41,135 bases of DNA from Octopus bimaculoides. Taxonomy: Eukaryota. The notes under the pieces are model-generated. The model saw nothing but the letters and a program-made list of their open reading frames with translations, was not told where the DNA came from and ran no database searches. Numbering within the stretch: the first letter of the stretch is position 1; each line of letters opens with the position of its first letter. The stretch spans positions 27,319,458-27,360,592 of the forward strand of contig NC_068990.1 in the NCBI RefSeq assembly GCF_001194135.2, written 5' to 3'. Both the position numbers and the translations under genes were made by a program. Positions 10,271 to 21,806 of this stretch are shown piece after piece.

Positions 10271-11703
10271 TACACCCGGATATGTCTCCAACAATAATAG
10301 CTCTTTGCTACAGTGGGCCATGGTGCCCCATATATGACTAAAATACTTCACCAGGTGGTGCTATTGTGCTAGACATCGCCTGGGCCTATATTGGCCGAAA
10401 CCTATCAAAGTTATCAAAGTTAATATATATATATATATATGTGTGTGTACATATATGTGTGTGTGTGTGCATGTTTGTGTGTATACCCGAATATATTCTC
10501 AAACTTACAGGTATATATACAAATATATTCCAAATATTTTACAGCGTAATATATTGCAGCGTGTGTGATTAAGGCAAGCATATAAGCTAGTTAGCCTATC
10601 ATTGTCTTCTTCGACTCTGTAATAGACTGTACAATTGTTATTACACGAAGCATCGTCTCTCGGCACTTCTAACCCTCACAACACCTTTATCACTCTTCTC
10701 TCTTATCTCTTTCTGTCTATTTCACTGTATTACGCCGACGAAGAGACACATACATAAAGTTACGCATAAGTACGTGTACGTACACAAAATCATTAATGTA
10801 CACACACACACATATATACATATACACTTACGAAAACATTTACATATATATATGTATATATATATATATATATGTTCATGGCTCTCTTGCTATGTATATG
10901 TGTGTGTGTGCGTATTAATATACTTATATTTGCATACACACATATGCATATACTATGTAGTTTCTTAGAACACGTAGATAATTAAAAGATTTGTCACTAG
11001 TAATCAACTTATTCAACTATTGTTTGAAGAACAGTTTGGTAAAACTTTCCACAAAAGCCGGTTTAATTTATTATTTGAAATCCTTGAACTGTTTAAAGCT
11101 CGCGTTACTTCAATGACGGCAGAAGAAAATTACAACTGTTCGACTTGATAAGTGGAACGAAATTATAGTGTTTGCATGGTATCAATACCATTAAGAATAG
11201 AGAAAATTTGAGGGAATTGTTGAAAATACCACAAAGAATACACTTTGCGACTTATTCATAAGTCTAATTTATATGAACGATATGTCTTCGCTATTCGTAG
11301 TTATTTTTATGTTTTGTTTTCCATTCAAAATGATTTATAACAACCCGGAGGTCAAACTATTGTTATTGTGTTTGTAGGTCATAAGTTGCGCGTCTGTTAA
11401 AACATATACTGTTCTAAGTTGTGAATGTTCTTGTTATTTTTTAGTTTTACATTAAATATCATACTTTCATTAAAAACATACGACAGAAGGCATTTCCATT
11501 ATGACCATAGAGATTTTATGAAGACAAATATATTATAAAGACATATTTTTTCTTTGTAGTATATGAGCGGCTAGATGCACCTGTAGTACACAGTATTCTT
11601 TAGCTATAAAGGCATAAAAGTATGATTCCATTTCAAATAATAGTTTTGTATATTTTTTGAGAGTACGAATGGTGATTATGAAACTCTCCGACTGTAGCAG
11701 TAT

Positions 11704-11803
11704 GGGAGGGCGGAGTCACGCTGTCCTGTACACGGGCAAAAAGTTGATTGGTCGTAATACTTGTAAGGTTAATTGAATGCCTAATTTGGAGATTGCGTCA
11801 CGT
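11704..11803. promoter_or_regulatory. Candidate proximal-promoter/enhancer motif cluster (GC box, CCAAT box, ATF/C-EBP-like site)
   Basis: GGGCGG 11708-11713; TTGATTGGTC 11744-11753 (= GACCAATCAA); ATTGCGTCACGT 11792-11803; all in unique AT-rich DNA. Motif match only. Confidence 0.3.
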
Positions 11804-11867
11804 ATTCTTTTACTCTTTTATTCTTTTAATTGTTTCAGCCATTTGCCTGCAACAATGCTGGAACAAC

Positions 11868-12108
11868 GATTTTAGTCCAACAAATAGAGCCAGGACTTAT
11901 TCTTTTTAAGCCTAGTACTTATTATATCGCCCTCTTTTGCCGAACCGCTAAGTTACGGGGACGTAAATACACCAACATCGGTTGTCAAGCGATGGTGTAG
12001 GGGGACAAACACAGACACACAAACACAAACATACATAGATACATGCATATAAATNNNNNNNNNNNNNNNNNNNNNNNNNNNNNNNNNNNNNNNNNNNNNN
12101 NNNNNNNN

Positions 12109-12149
<41 letters not shown>

Positions 12150-12312
12150 GACAGGCTTCTTTCAGTTTCCGTCTACCAAATCTACTCACGAGGCTTTGGT
12201 CGGTTCGAGGCTATAGCGGAAGACACTCGCTCAAGGTGTCACGCAGTGGGACTGAACCCGGAACCATGTGGTTGGTAATCATACTACTTATCAAACAACC
12301 ACTTCTGCGCCT
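11868..12312 (-). mobile_element. SINE family B with internal (TA)n/(CA)n microsatellite and assembly gap (12055-12108)
   Basis: Reverse complement matches 14318-14525, 24297-24745 and 34924-35105 (e.g. catggttccgggttcagtccca; gatttggtagacggaaactgaaagaagc; aagtactaggctt). Confidence 0.85.
12055..12108. other. Assembly gap (N) inside a SINE
   Basis: N run. Confidence 0.99.
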
Positions 12313-13280
12313 ATATATTACAGAAAACGAATTTTCTTCTTTGAGCCGCGATTCTACCATTCGTAGGCAAAAAGCGACTGCATTATGTGGAAAATAGGAG
12401 ATTTGTACACGAGTAGGCAAAGGATTTTAACACACAGAAGTGAAGTTTGAATGATCAAAGGAAAATAACACCAGCATTATCGACTAAACCAAAGACGAAT
12501 GCTCCAATCTAAACTGAGAAATATACAATCAATATATAACATAGAGTTCAATGAGATGATTGAATTGATAATTCTCGCCCATAATGTCATTGCAAACTTA
12601 GAAAATCTGAATATGTCAGCTCATTTCTATCGTATTTTGACTGAATCAAGACCTGCTGAAGTTGATAACGAGTAGCTTATGCTAATGAAATAATTTCATA
12701 TTTGATGAACTTTTAAAATATGGCAATTAATTATGATATGATGTAACACAAGACATCATGAATTTTTAGGAACAGTTAATATGGAAATTGGTTATGGTTT
12801 TTCGCTACAGAAAGCGTCAAATCAAAACATTTTATCAATATAACACTGTTTAAATATTCAAATTTGATGACAGACACATTGCATGTAATTATTTTAATGA
12901 CGATGCAACTGTCAGAAATCAAGATTCCTATTTCATTTCATGTCAAAATTTTCCAATATTGATGTCATTAGAATTGCGATAAATTTCATTGCTTTCGTAC
13001 AGAAGGAATTTGGTGAATTAATGTGCGGACAACGATAAAAAAATTATTGTTTAAGTGAATGCAAATACTTCTTCCACCATCGGAAAATACAATAATTGTT
13101 GTATTGCAACAGATTCCAAAGATGGTGAGATGACATGCATCAAAATTGATTATTTAGATGCAGTTATAACTGTCAAGAATGGTATATGTCTTTGTATGCA
13201 ACAGCAACATATCCAAGTCTTCTGACGCTATGAGAACGGACGAAAAGGCCGAAGAGCAATATGACAAAGGCATTTTGCTT

Positions 13281-13321
<41 letters not shown>

Positions 13322-13908
13322 GCGTGTATATAATTGTTTATATGTATATGCATATATATACATATTATATATATGTATGTATATATATATATATATATAC
13401 ACATATATATATATATGTATGTATTTATATATACATATTTTTATATATATATATGCACACGTAAATGGACAAAACGAAGAAAGAGGCACTCAACACCTTT
13501 GTGGGATTTACATATATTATTATCTAAAGCAGTTTGATTTGAAACCCATCCAACTTAATATCTCTTACGTTGGTTATTGGAACCTAGCTAGTCAGCCTCA
13601 GGAGGCTGAAAGGAGAGATGTAGCAAATCCCAAATGGATACTCGAAACTGGTCTGCTGTTATTGGTCAAGATGGGTCATATGGTGTTGTTGCAAATGGTA
13701 TTGAAATATCAGCGACATCAAATCGGTCAAATTTGGGATCCCAGTCTGAATTTGTTGCACCGAATGATTTGATAGGAAGGAATTGGTGCCTCGCGACATC
13801 GATGGGCGGATGTGTGGGTGTGTTTGCACGCGCGTGTATGAATGCATGGAAATGTTCATCCGATGCGTATGCATCAGTTATGTATATATGTGTGTTAGTG
13901 TACATCAG

Positions 13909-13984
13909 CTCGATGGCATGTGCCATCATCTCGATGGCATGTGGCATCATCTCGATGGCATGTGGCATCATCTTGATGGTGCAT
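13909..13984. repeat. 21-bp tandem repeat, about 3.6 copies (CTCGATGGCATGTGGCATCAT)
   Basis: Units start at 13909, 13930, 13951 and 13972 (partial). Confidence 0.95.
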
Positions 13985-14134
13985 ATATATGTGTTTGTTA
14001 GGACAGGATACGTAACTACCGCTGCCTGCACAGCCCACGGATCGACTTTCAGCCTTATGCATTTTCTCTAATCGCATACGATTGCCTTCATATACAAGGC
14101 TGTGCACAAACGCGCACAAACAATCATGCACACA

Positions 14135-14189
<55 letters not shown>

Positions 14190-14317
14190 CTATGTGCATA
14201 TGCTTTGCTCTCTTTCTTTCTCTCCTGCAACGTCAAATCACACGCACACACATACGCATACATAGAGAAACACATACATAGGTACGTACATGCATATATA
14301 CATATATATGTATGTAT

Positions 14318-14525
14318 GGTAAGAAGCTGGCTTCCCAACCACGTGGTTCCGGGTTCAGTCCAACTGCTATAGCTTCGGGTCAACCAAAGCCTTGTGAGTG
14401 GATTTGGTAGACGGACACTGAAAGAAGCTCGTCATATGTGTATGTGTGTAAGCGTGTAAGTGTGTGAGTGCGTGTGTCTGTGTTTGTCCACCACCACCAC
14501 TGCTTGACAACAAGTGCTGTTTCCA
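14318..14525 (+). mobile_element. SINE family B, internally deleted, 5' part
   Basis: ggtaagaagctggcttcccaaccacgtggttccgggttcagtcc head with B-box-like GGTTCAGTC; matches the other B copies. Confidence 0.8.
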
Positions 14526-14750
14526 TTGCGTTGAGCCAAACACAATACCCCAGTACATGAACCCACATATATATACTCACATGCACCCATACACATTAGA
14601 ACATAAACGAGTAGTGCTCACGCGCACAGATATGTCAGAGGAACGCAGACACAAATAAAATACACCCCAGATGTAAAGAAGCAAACAGGCACAAATGCAC
14701 AAACGTGCACACACTCACACATGCAAAATAATTCACCCAGATAAACACGC

Positions 14751-14815
<65 letters not shown>
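14751..14815. repeat. (ATCT)n microsatellite
   Basis: Direct reading. Confidence 0.95.
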
Positions 14816-14816
<1 letters not shown>

Positions 14817-15344
14817 GAGAATAGAGAGGCAGGTTTTGTCTCGTGAAAGTTTCATTAAAAGGTGGGTGAATGTAGCAAAGATGGTGTGTGCGAGTGACGA
14901 TACCTCTTTGAGCATGATCCTATAAACCGAGAAAAATAAAAATAGAAAGAGGGAGAGAGAGAGCACCTTGCTCTCATGTGTCTATTCCCTGCTGAGGTTA
15001 GCGTGGTCTTTTCCGTAGGCTTTTCTCTCCATGGATAAACCTAATGTTACCCCATTTTACACTATTGATATTTTCTGATATACGATACCTTTTTTTTTCT
15101 CTGTTTAACAATTTTGGCCGCGTAATTAAAGCAGAGGGATTGACATCATCAAAATTGGCTGTGATCTTTGGCAGAAACTTGTATGATAGAGATAACCTAT
15201 CGAAGATGTGTCTTTAAATGTAGACGAAAATATAAGCAGCTGTATGATGATCTCATAAGCTACAAGAGAGCGCTAAGGAATGTTATAAGGTAATTATTTT
15301 AAAATAGTAGCAGAAAATGTGGAACCAGCCACCACCGTATGTTA

Positions 15345-15475
15345 CACACATACACACACACACACACACGCATACACACACACACACGCACACACACACC
15401 CACACACACACACACATACACACACACACATACACAAACACACACACAAACACACACACACACACACATACACAT
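15345..15475. repeat. (CA)n microsatellite
   Basis: Direct reading. Confidence 0.95.
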
Positions 15476-15624
15476 AAATTGTCGGCACAATCAAGGATTG
15501 GAAGTGAATTTTACTTGTCGAATTCAAGTTCAATATACTTCAAAACATACGTGCGTACATAACACACACATTCACGCATGCACACACACACATACACACA
15601 CACACACACACAGACATATATATA

Positions 15625-16276
15625 NNNNNNNNNNNNNNNNNNNNNNNNNNNNNNNNNNNNNNNNNNNNNNNNNNNNNNNNNNNNNNNNNNNNNNNNNNNN
15701 NNNNNNNNNNNNNNNNNNNNNNNNNNNNNNNNNNNNNNNNNNNNNNNNNNNNNNNNNNNNNNNNNNNNNNNNNNNNNNNNNNNNNNNNNNNNNNNNNNNN
15801 NNNNNNNNNNNNNNNNNNNNNNNNNNNNNNNNNNNNNNNNNNNNNNNNNNNNNNNNNNNNNNNNNNNNNNNNNNNNNNNNNNNNNNNNNNNNNNNNNNNN
15901 NNNNNNNNNNNNNNNNNNNNNNNNNNNNNNNNNNNNNNNNNNNNNNNNNNNNNNNNNNNNNNNNNNNNNNNNNNNNNNNNNNNNNNNNNNNNNNNNNNNN
16001 NNNNNNNNNNNNNNNNNNNNNNNNNNNNNNNNNNNNNNNNNNNNNNNNNNNNNNNNNNNNNNNNNNNNNNNNNNNNNNNNNNNNNNNNNNNNNNNNNNNN
16101 NNNNNNNNNNNNNNNNNNNNNNNNNNNNNNNNNNNNNNNNNNNNNNNNNNNNNNNNNNNNNNNNNNNNNNNNNNNNNNNNNNNNNNNNNNNNNNNNNNNN
16201 NNNNNNNNNNNNNNNNNNNNNNNNNNNNNNNNNNNNNNNNNNNNNNNNNNNNNNNNNNNNNNNNNNNNNNNNNNNN
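15625..16276. other. Assembly gap (N)
   Basis: N run. Confidence 0.99.
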
Positions 16277-17214
16277 TATATATATATATATATATATATG
16301 CATGCTGTCCGTCAATAAACCGATAACCTGAAAGCAGTAGGTATATTTTTAGAAATTGAAATCGAACAAAGAATGTAGAAGAAACAAAAGAGGAAGGAGC
16401 AAAAAAACCAAAAACCAAAAAAAAACAAAAACAAAAAAAACAACAACAAATAAATAAAAGTATGTTGAGGAGGGCGAAGGAATAAGAGTAAAAGGAAAAG
16501 TATATAATTGAAAGTCATCAAGGCATCTAAACGAAAATGGTAAAAGAGTGGACTGTAGTGGGTCGGCGGGGGAGGGGGAGCGGAAGCTTGTTCCTGTTTT
16601 GGCACAGATCTATATCACCATAGCAATTGTCCTGTCATTTGTGAATGGATCAATGCCATAGATATTGGCAATGCCAATGTAGGTAGCGAATGAAACAAAT
16701 CTATAGGATTTTGCATGGCGCTTTGAGACAATGTTCTTTTAAGGTTGACAACGAGTGATGAGGAATTTGAAGTACATGTATCGACAACAGCAGCAGCAGC
16801 AGAGACGCCAGTTGTAGTGCTATTATTAATAGTATTGGTAGTGATAGTAGTAATGGTAGATGCTGCAGAAGCAGCAGCACTCTTAGTGCTAATATTTCTT
16901 GTTGCTGTTTTTTTTTATTGTTGATGTTTTCTGCGTCGTACTTATTGTTCTTTGGCCCCCGAGTCAGTCCTAATCCATCAATTCTCCAAATTAAAGACGG
17001 CCAACCGTGACAAGACCATTATTTTTTTTTTATCTACATCCTAAATGAAGAATCACACCACCCAAGAAACTTTTACCAGTCTTTTTCCTTATTTAGAGAA
17101 GTGTGACCACAAATGTTATCAAATCGATACAACACGTATAATTTCCCTGGTTGCTGCAACAAAACATATTATCATTACTGTTGTTGGTATTGTTATTATT
17201 ATTATCATTATCAT

Positions 17215-18410
17215 TATTTTTGATTTCTCTCGGGATTTGTTGTGACTCTTGGAGTCTTGCATGTGTAGTGGGCTTGCTGCAATGCAGCCTACGGAACCAT
17301 GCTATCCGTTCTTTTCAACTATTTGATATTTTCTTGCTTATTCTGGCTGTGCCAAGGAGGCAAACCATTTGTAACATTTCTACCGGCCACTCTATTCCGA
17401 TTTCATTTCTATTCCTCTTAATGTCTTCTGATTCTCTCCCCAAGGATTCAATAATAATTACCACTATCTTCACTGTCTTCATTTTCCATGGTCAGGCTAT
17501 TTCGTACTTAGGAGGATTGTATATATCTATTTTTCACTTTCCTTCTTGACTATTCGTGGGTCAAAGGGGTACGCAACGCCAACCTTATAGCATATGTGGT
17601 GCATATTATCGACTACCACTAAGTCTGGTCTGTTATGCTCCGGCACCTGATCTATTTGGAGTAGGAAATCCCAGAGGCTTTTGCAAGTCTCCGACTCCGC
17701 CATTCTTTGCGGTTTATGTTCATACCACGTCTTGCCTCTCTCTAACCCCAACCCTTTTCGCACAGTTTCCAACGTAGCACTTTCGCTACCGCATCGTGTC
17801 GCCACATCGTATAGTGGTTTTGGGCAAGCCTAGACCATTCGTTAGCGATATGAGCAATAGTTCTGTTCCCTCAGTTAAAGATGCTGCATAGAGGAGATAT
17901 TTGGAAACAAAATCAAAATCAAAAGTATCCTTCCTAACGTTGACCATTCAATTCGTGACCAAGCATGGTCTTGCGCTGCCAGTGTAGAACTCTCAGTCTA
18001 TTTTTTCAGTGTTTCGTTCTTCAACCAATGCCTTATATTTCTTTGCTGCAACTTCTGTTGTGGCTACATGGAATTGGTTGTGTAGTCCCTCGTTGCGTAA
18101 TTCTTCTTCATGTCCTTCTGTACTTCTTTTATTTTTCTTTTAACTGACATTAGCAAGGTTTCCTTACTTTGGATTAGTTATCTCATTAAGCTCGCAAGTT
18201 CGATACGTACGCAGTCTTCCACACTTAGCAGTCTCGTTCCTCCATTGGCTCTCTTCATGTACAGGCGAACAGTGTCTGCACGTGAATAATGGGCTCCATG
18301 CGTCGTTAGAAGAGGTTTTCTTTTCTTCCTATCCAACTCCTTTAGCTCTTCCTCTGTCCAATTCATGATTCCAGCGCCATACCGAACTACTGCGAATATG
18401 AGTGTTTATC
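17215..18410 (-). mobile_element. Decayed R4/Dong-like non-LTR retrotransposon: RT thumb, zinc knuckle, RLE and 3' UTR
   Basis: Minus strand with frameshifts: VVRYGAGIMNWTEEELKELDRKKRKPLLTTHGAHYSRADTVRLYMKRANGG; WLKNETLKK*TESSTLAAQDHA; SPLCSIFN*GNRTIAHIANEWSRLAQNHYTMWRHDAVAKVLRWKLCEK; WYEHKP..LWDFLLQIDQVPEHNRPDLVVVD; WKMKTVKIVVIIIESLG..LLGTARISKK. The 3' end runs into (AAT)n on the element strand. Confidence 0.92.
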
Positions 18411-18945
18411 GCGCTGGTAGAATCGTGTCGGGCAAAATGCTTAGTGATATTTCGTTTGTGTTTAAATTACATCAAGGCCCTTTTCGCCTTTTATCTTTGC
18501 AGAGTCGATAAAACAAGTACCAGCCAATCACTGGGATCGATGTAATTGATTTACCTTCCCCACCGAACTTGCTGTCAGTGTACCAAAATTTGAAGTCATT
18601 CTTAAGGTGGCAAACTAGCAGAAACGTTAGCACACCGGCCAAAATGCTTAGCGGCTTTTCCGCCATCTATAAGTTCTGCGACCAAATTGTTGCCGTGTTG
18701 TCTTTTCCTTTCATCGTTTCAGGGTCGATAAAATAAGTACCAATCAAGCGCTGGGGCCGATGATATCTACTTACCCCTTGACCCAAAACAGGTAGCTTTG
18801 TGCCAAAATTTGAGACCATTATTATTATTACTATCTAAGGCGGTGATCTGGCAGAATCGTTAATACGCAGGACAAAACGGCATTTCTCTCGTCTTTATGT
18901 TCAAGTCATTTTCCACCGATCTCAGCTTTGCCTTTTGTTTCAATT
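18411..18945 (+). mobile_element. Cluster of 3-4 head-to-tail SINE family C fragments
   Basis: Repeated heads gctggtagaatcg (18411), ctagcagaaacgttagcac (18617) and ctggcagaatcgttaatac (18848); central gtcgata-aa-a-aagtacca blocks at about 18505 and 18724; (ATT)n at 18818-18830. Confidence 0.8.
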
Positions 18946-20105
18946 TACTTGTAGCACATTACTTGGAATAAGTTTATCGACGAAATCTTTCCAGGTCTTA
19001 TTCTAACTTTTTATACCGCCATACTTATTTCGAATTTCTTCTGAACAAAGTCTCTGCTTTCCTGTTCAATATAAGCTACGATCTCGTCTTAATCGTCGTA
19101 CATTTAACATCCAGCTAAGTAATCTTAATGATATATTGGCGTACATTAAACACAAGTGAGCTAAAGAAAATAACTGAGAGAGACCAGTGGAATGTGTAGG
19201 AATAGTACAGACAAATTTGTGTATATTAAATACGATGCTAAAATTATCTCCGTTTCCAGAATAAAAATAACGACCGACAAAATTTTTCCAGGACTTATTC
19301 TAACTTTAGTGATACTGTGTAAGGTAATAATTCGAAAATATTAGAATTCGTTATGATCTAATCAACAACAGAAAATTTAATATTGATAAATGATTCTTAA
19401 ATTCTTGATATACATCTCTTGGTTTATTAACTAGTTGTAAGCAGATATCACTAAATGTTGAAATATCAAGGATGAACTTAATCACATTTACATGGGTATT
19501 AATACACAAAACATTACGTTAGTCAGCTCTGTTAGGCTATATTACATTAATGTTCTAGTAGCGTTTCCAATAAGTTCTCTGTTTATGACTTTTAACTTAT
19601 TAGCTTTGAAACGTTCACTACTAACCCTCCAAAAGATCACATGAATTGCTTAACGTATGAAATATTAGTAAACTCTTCCCTAATTTTAGATAAGATTTGT
19701 TGTTATGCGTTTGAAATTGGATGCGTCTTGATCTCCCGTTTTATGGTGTTGTGTGATTAGAACTCTAATAGTGAAGTTGATGTCACGTTTCTATGTAATT
19801 TCTAGTACCATAACGAACGTGTGGTCAATCTATGGATTCGACACTTTGTCCAGACCAACTGGCTGTAAATAGGGATTTGACAAAAAAAAAATACAAGGGG
19901 TAGCAACAGCGGCTGCACGATTATGAATATTAGAAATGCTTTGTGAAATTTCCAGCGTATATCTGTGTGTGGGGGTGGGGTGGGGGTATTGGCGGCGGAA
20001 TGAGAGTTGGATATCTGACTGTGTTTAAAGCAAAGAGCATTGTATAATGAATCCAGATGATTGGTCTTCATATACAGAACGGAGCCAGTTCACCGATGTA
20101 GAACA

Positions 20106-20106
<1 letters not shown>

Positions 20107-20148
<42 letters not shown>

Positions 20149-20235
20149 GCTACTACTGCTTCTGCTGCTGCTGCTGCTACTACTACTACTACTACTACCA
20201 CTACTACTACTACTACTACTACTAATAATAATAAT
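20107..20235. repeat. (ACT)n/(GCT)n/(AAT)n compound microsatellite
   Basis: Direct reading. Confidence 0.95.
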
Positions 20236-20280
20236 AATCTTTTCTATTATAGGCACAAGGATTGAAGTTTTGGGGGTCGT

Positions 20281-21420
20281 GAACTTATACTCTGCGTACG
20301 GTTCACTGACGACGTCTTTTTTGTCTGGGAAGGAACACTGGATGGTTTAGTCAAATTTTTACATTTCTGTGACTGATTCGTGGAAGAAAATCCAAAATAA
20401 AATTCATGTCGAACATTTCGAAAACTAGCGTCAACTTTTGGACACAAAAGTCAAGTCTTCGGAAGGCCGAATAGTCATAGAATTATTTTGCAAACCCGCG
20501 TCATCACATATTTATCTCCACCGTCTCTCTGATTATCCACATCATACAATCAGATCAAATCCGAAGTCCCAGATTTTGACGAATAGACGTATTTGCACCG
20601 ACATTGGAGATTATTGGAAATATGAAATACTTTTGTGCGCTAATTTGTAAAGCGCGGTTATAGTGAATCAAGATTAAAGGAAATCGCGAATGACATCGCT
20701 GAAATTAGTAGTGATAATCAAGCTTTTGCGCCTAATTTTAGCATTCAGAAAAGAGCTTATGGCCGAATTCCTTTGGTGATTAACTGGCATCGAAGTTTCG
20801 CTGCCATTTCAGAAGTGTTGCATGACTGGTACCAACATGTTTCAGAAAAATATCCTCATTTCTGTCTATTGTAGCCTTTTGACATAATAAAAATATTAGA
20901 GAAATATTGACCAGTACCTCTAATAAAAACTCCATTGGAGTTTCTGAACGCTGCACCCTCAAAAAATACATATAAGAGAGGTTAGCCCTGTTCATTGTGC
21001 AATAACATGAGTCAGACAAATTCCATCAAGAATAATCACAGAAATGTTATGATTTACACAGAAAGAGGGACCTGTAAGGATTTCCGTTTGGTATATGGAG
21101 CGGAATGCACCAAAGGCAAAATGATTTATGTTGGTTGCACAACAGAACGATTGCAAAAAGTGTTTAACGGACATAGGTACGATGTCAGGCACAATAACAA
21201 TAGTTCCACGGAACTTGCGGAGCGTTTCCCATCAAACGGGTGTAAATTTGAGGAGGACCGGAAGGTACCAATTCTCACAAAATATTCTCATTCCACTGCA
21301 CTTTCGGTCCCCAAAACCCATGAGGATAGATGTATTTGTGAGCTGTTGACATCTCAGCCTGGAGGAATTAATAAAATGGCAGGTGAATTCCACCATATGT
21401 ATACTAAACTTTTTGGGTGA
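20281..21420 (+). mobile_element. Decayed Penelope-like retroelement: RT C-terminal half + GIY-YIG endonuclease
   Basis: Frameshifted translation: LCVRFTDDVFFVWEGT (YIDDIF-type motif); VNF-DTKVK..ELFCKPASSHIYLHRLSDYPHHTIRSNPKSQILTNRRIC; KRGYS..RIPLVINWH; then ORF 20995-21420 with VYGAECTKGKMIYVGCTTERLQKVFNGHRYD..ICELLTSQPGGINK (GIY-YIG). Confidence 0.92.
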
Positions 21421-21501
21421 ATAATTTTTTTCTACACTTCTCCAATTCTTTTTTTTCTTTTTTCTTTCTTTCTTTCCTTCTGCTACCTTTGGTGAAATAC
21501 G

Positions 21502-21545
21502 AAAGACTGATGACGTCGTTTTACTTGGGAAGAAACGCAATTATT
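21502..21545 (+). ncRNA. Hammerhead-core-like remnant in the 3' pseudo-LTR position of the Penelope element
   Basis: CTGATGA-C-GTC-gttttacttgg-GAA-GAAAC about 90 nt after the ORF stop; stems I and III could not be paired convincingly. Confidence 0.4.
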
Positions 21546-21721
21546 CCGGTTTAATTTTCAAATGTTTCAGCGGTTCCTATCTTTGAATCAAATTTCAGTT
21601 TATATTTTGAACTTATAAAAGACACACGGAGTGTCGAAATATTGTTCGTTCGTTTCATTTTCATTTTAATAAACAGATTCAATCTCTATTTATTACCAAT
21701 AACAGTAGTGTGCTTCTTTAA

Positions 21722-21744
21722 TAATCATGATGATGATGATGATG

Positions 21745-21805
<61 letters not shown>

Positions 21806-21806
21806 C
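21722..21806. repeat. (GAT)n-(AAT)n microsatellite
   Basis: Direct reading. Confidence 0.95.

Noticed and set aside
10380-10410. CTG-GGCC-tatatt-GGCC-GAAAC, hammerhead stem II-like
   Set aside because: The 5' core is reduced to CTG and stems I and III cannot be formed.
10734-10747. CCGACGA-A-GAG, possible 5' half of a hammerhead after a pyrimidine-rich leader
   Set aside because: Truncated by a microsatellite; no GAAA half.
13606-13658. CTGAAAG-GAG...CTC-GAAAC-TG-GTC hammerhead-like string
   Set aside because: The core is non-canonical at two positions and stem I does not pair.
13909-13984. CRISPR-like array
   Set aside because: Contiguous tandem units with no spacers, in a eukaryotic context with no cas genes.
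19970-19998. G-quadruplex candidate (also 16566-16582)
   Set aside because: Only three (or two) long G runs; such tracts are common and there is no functional context.
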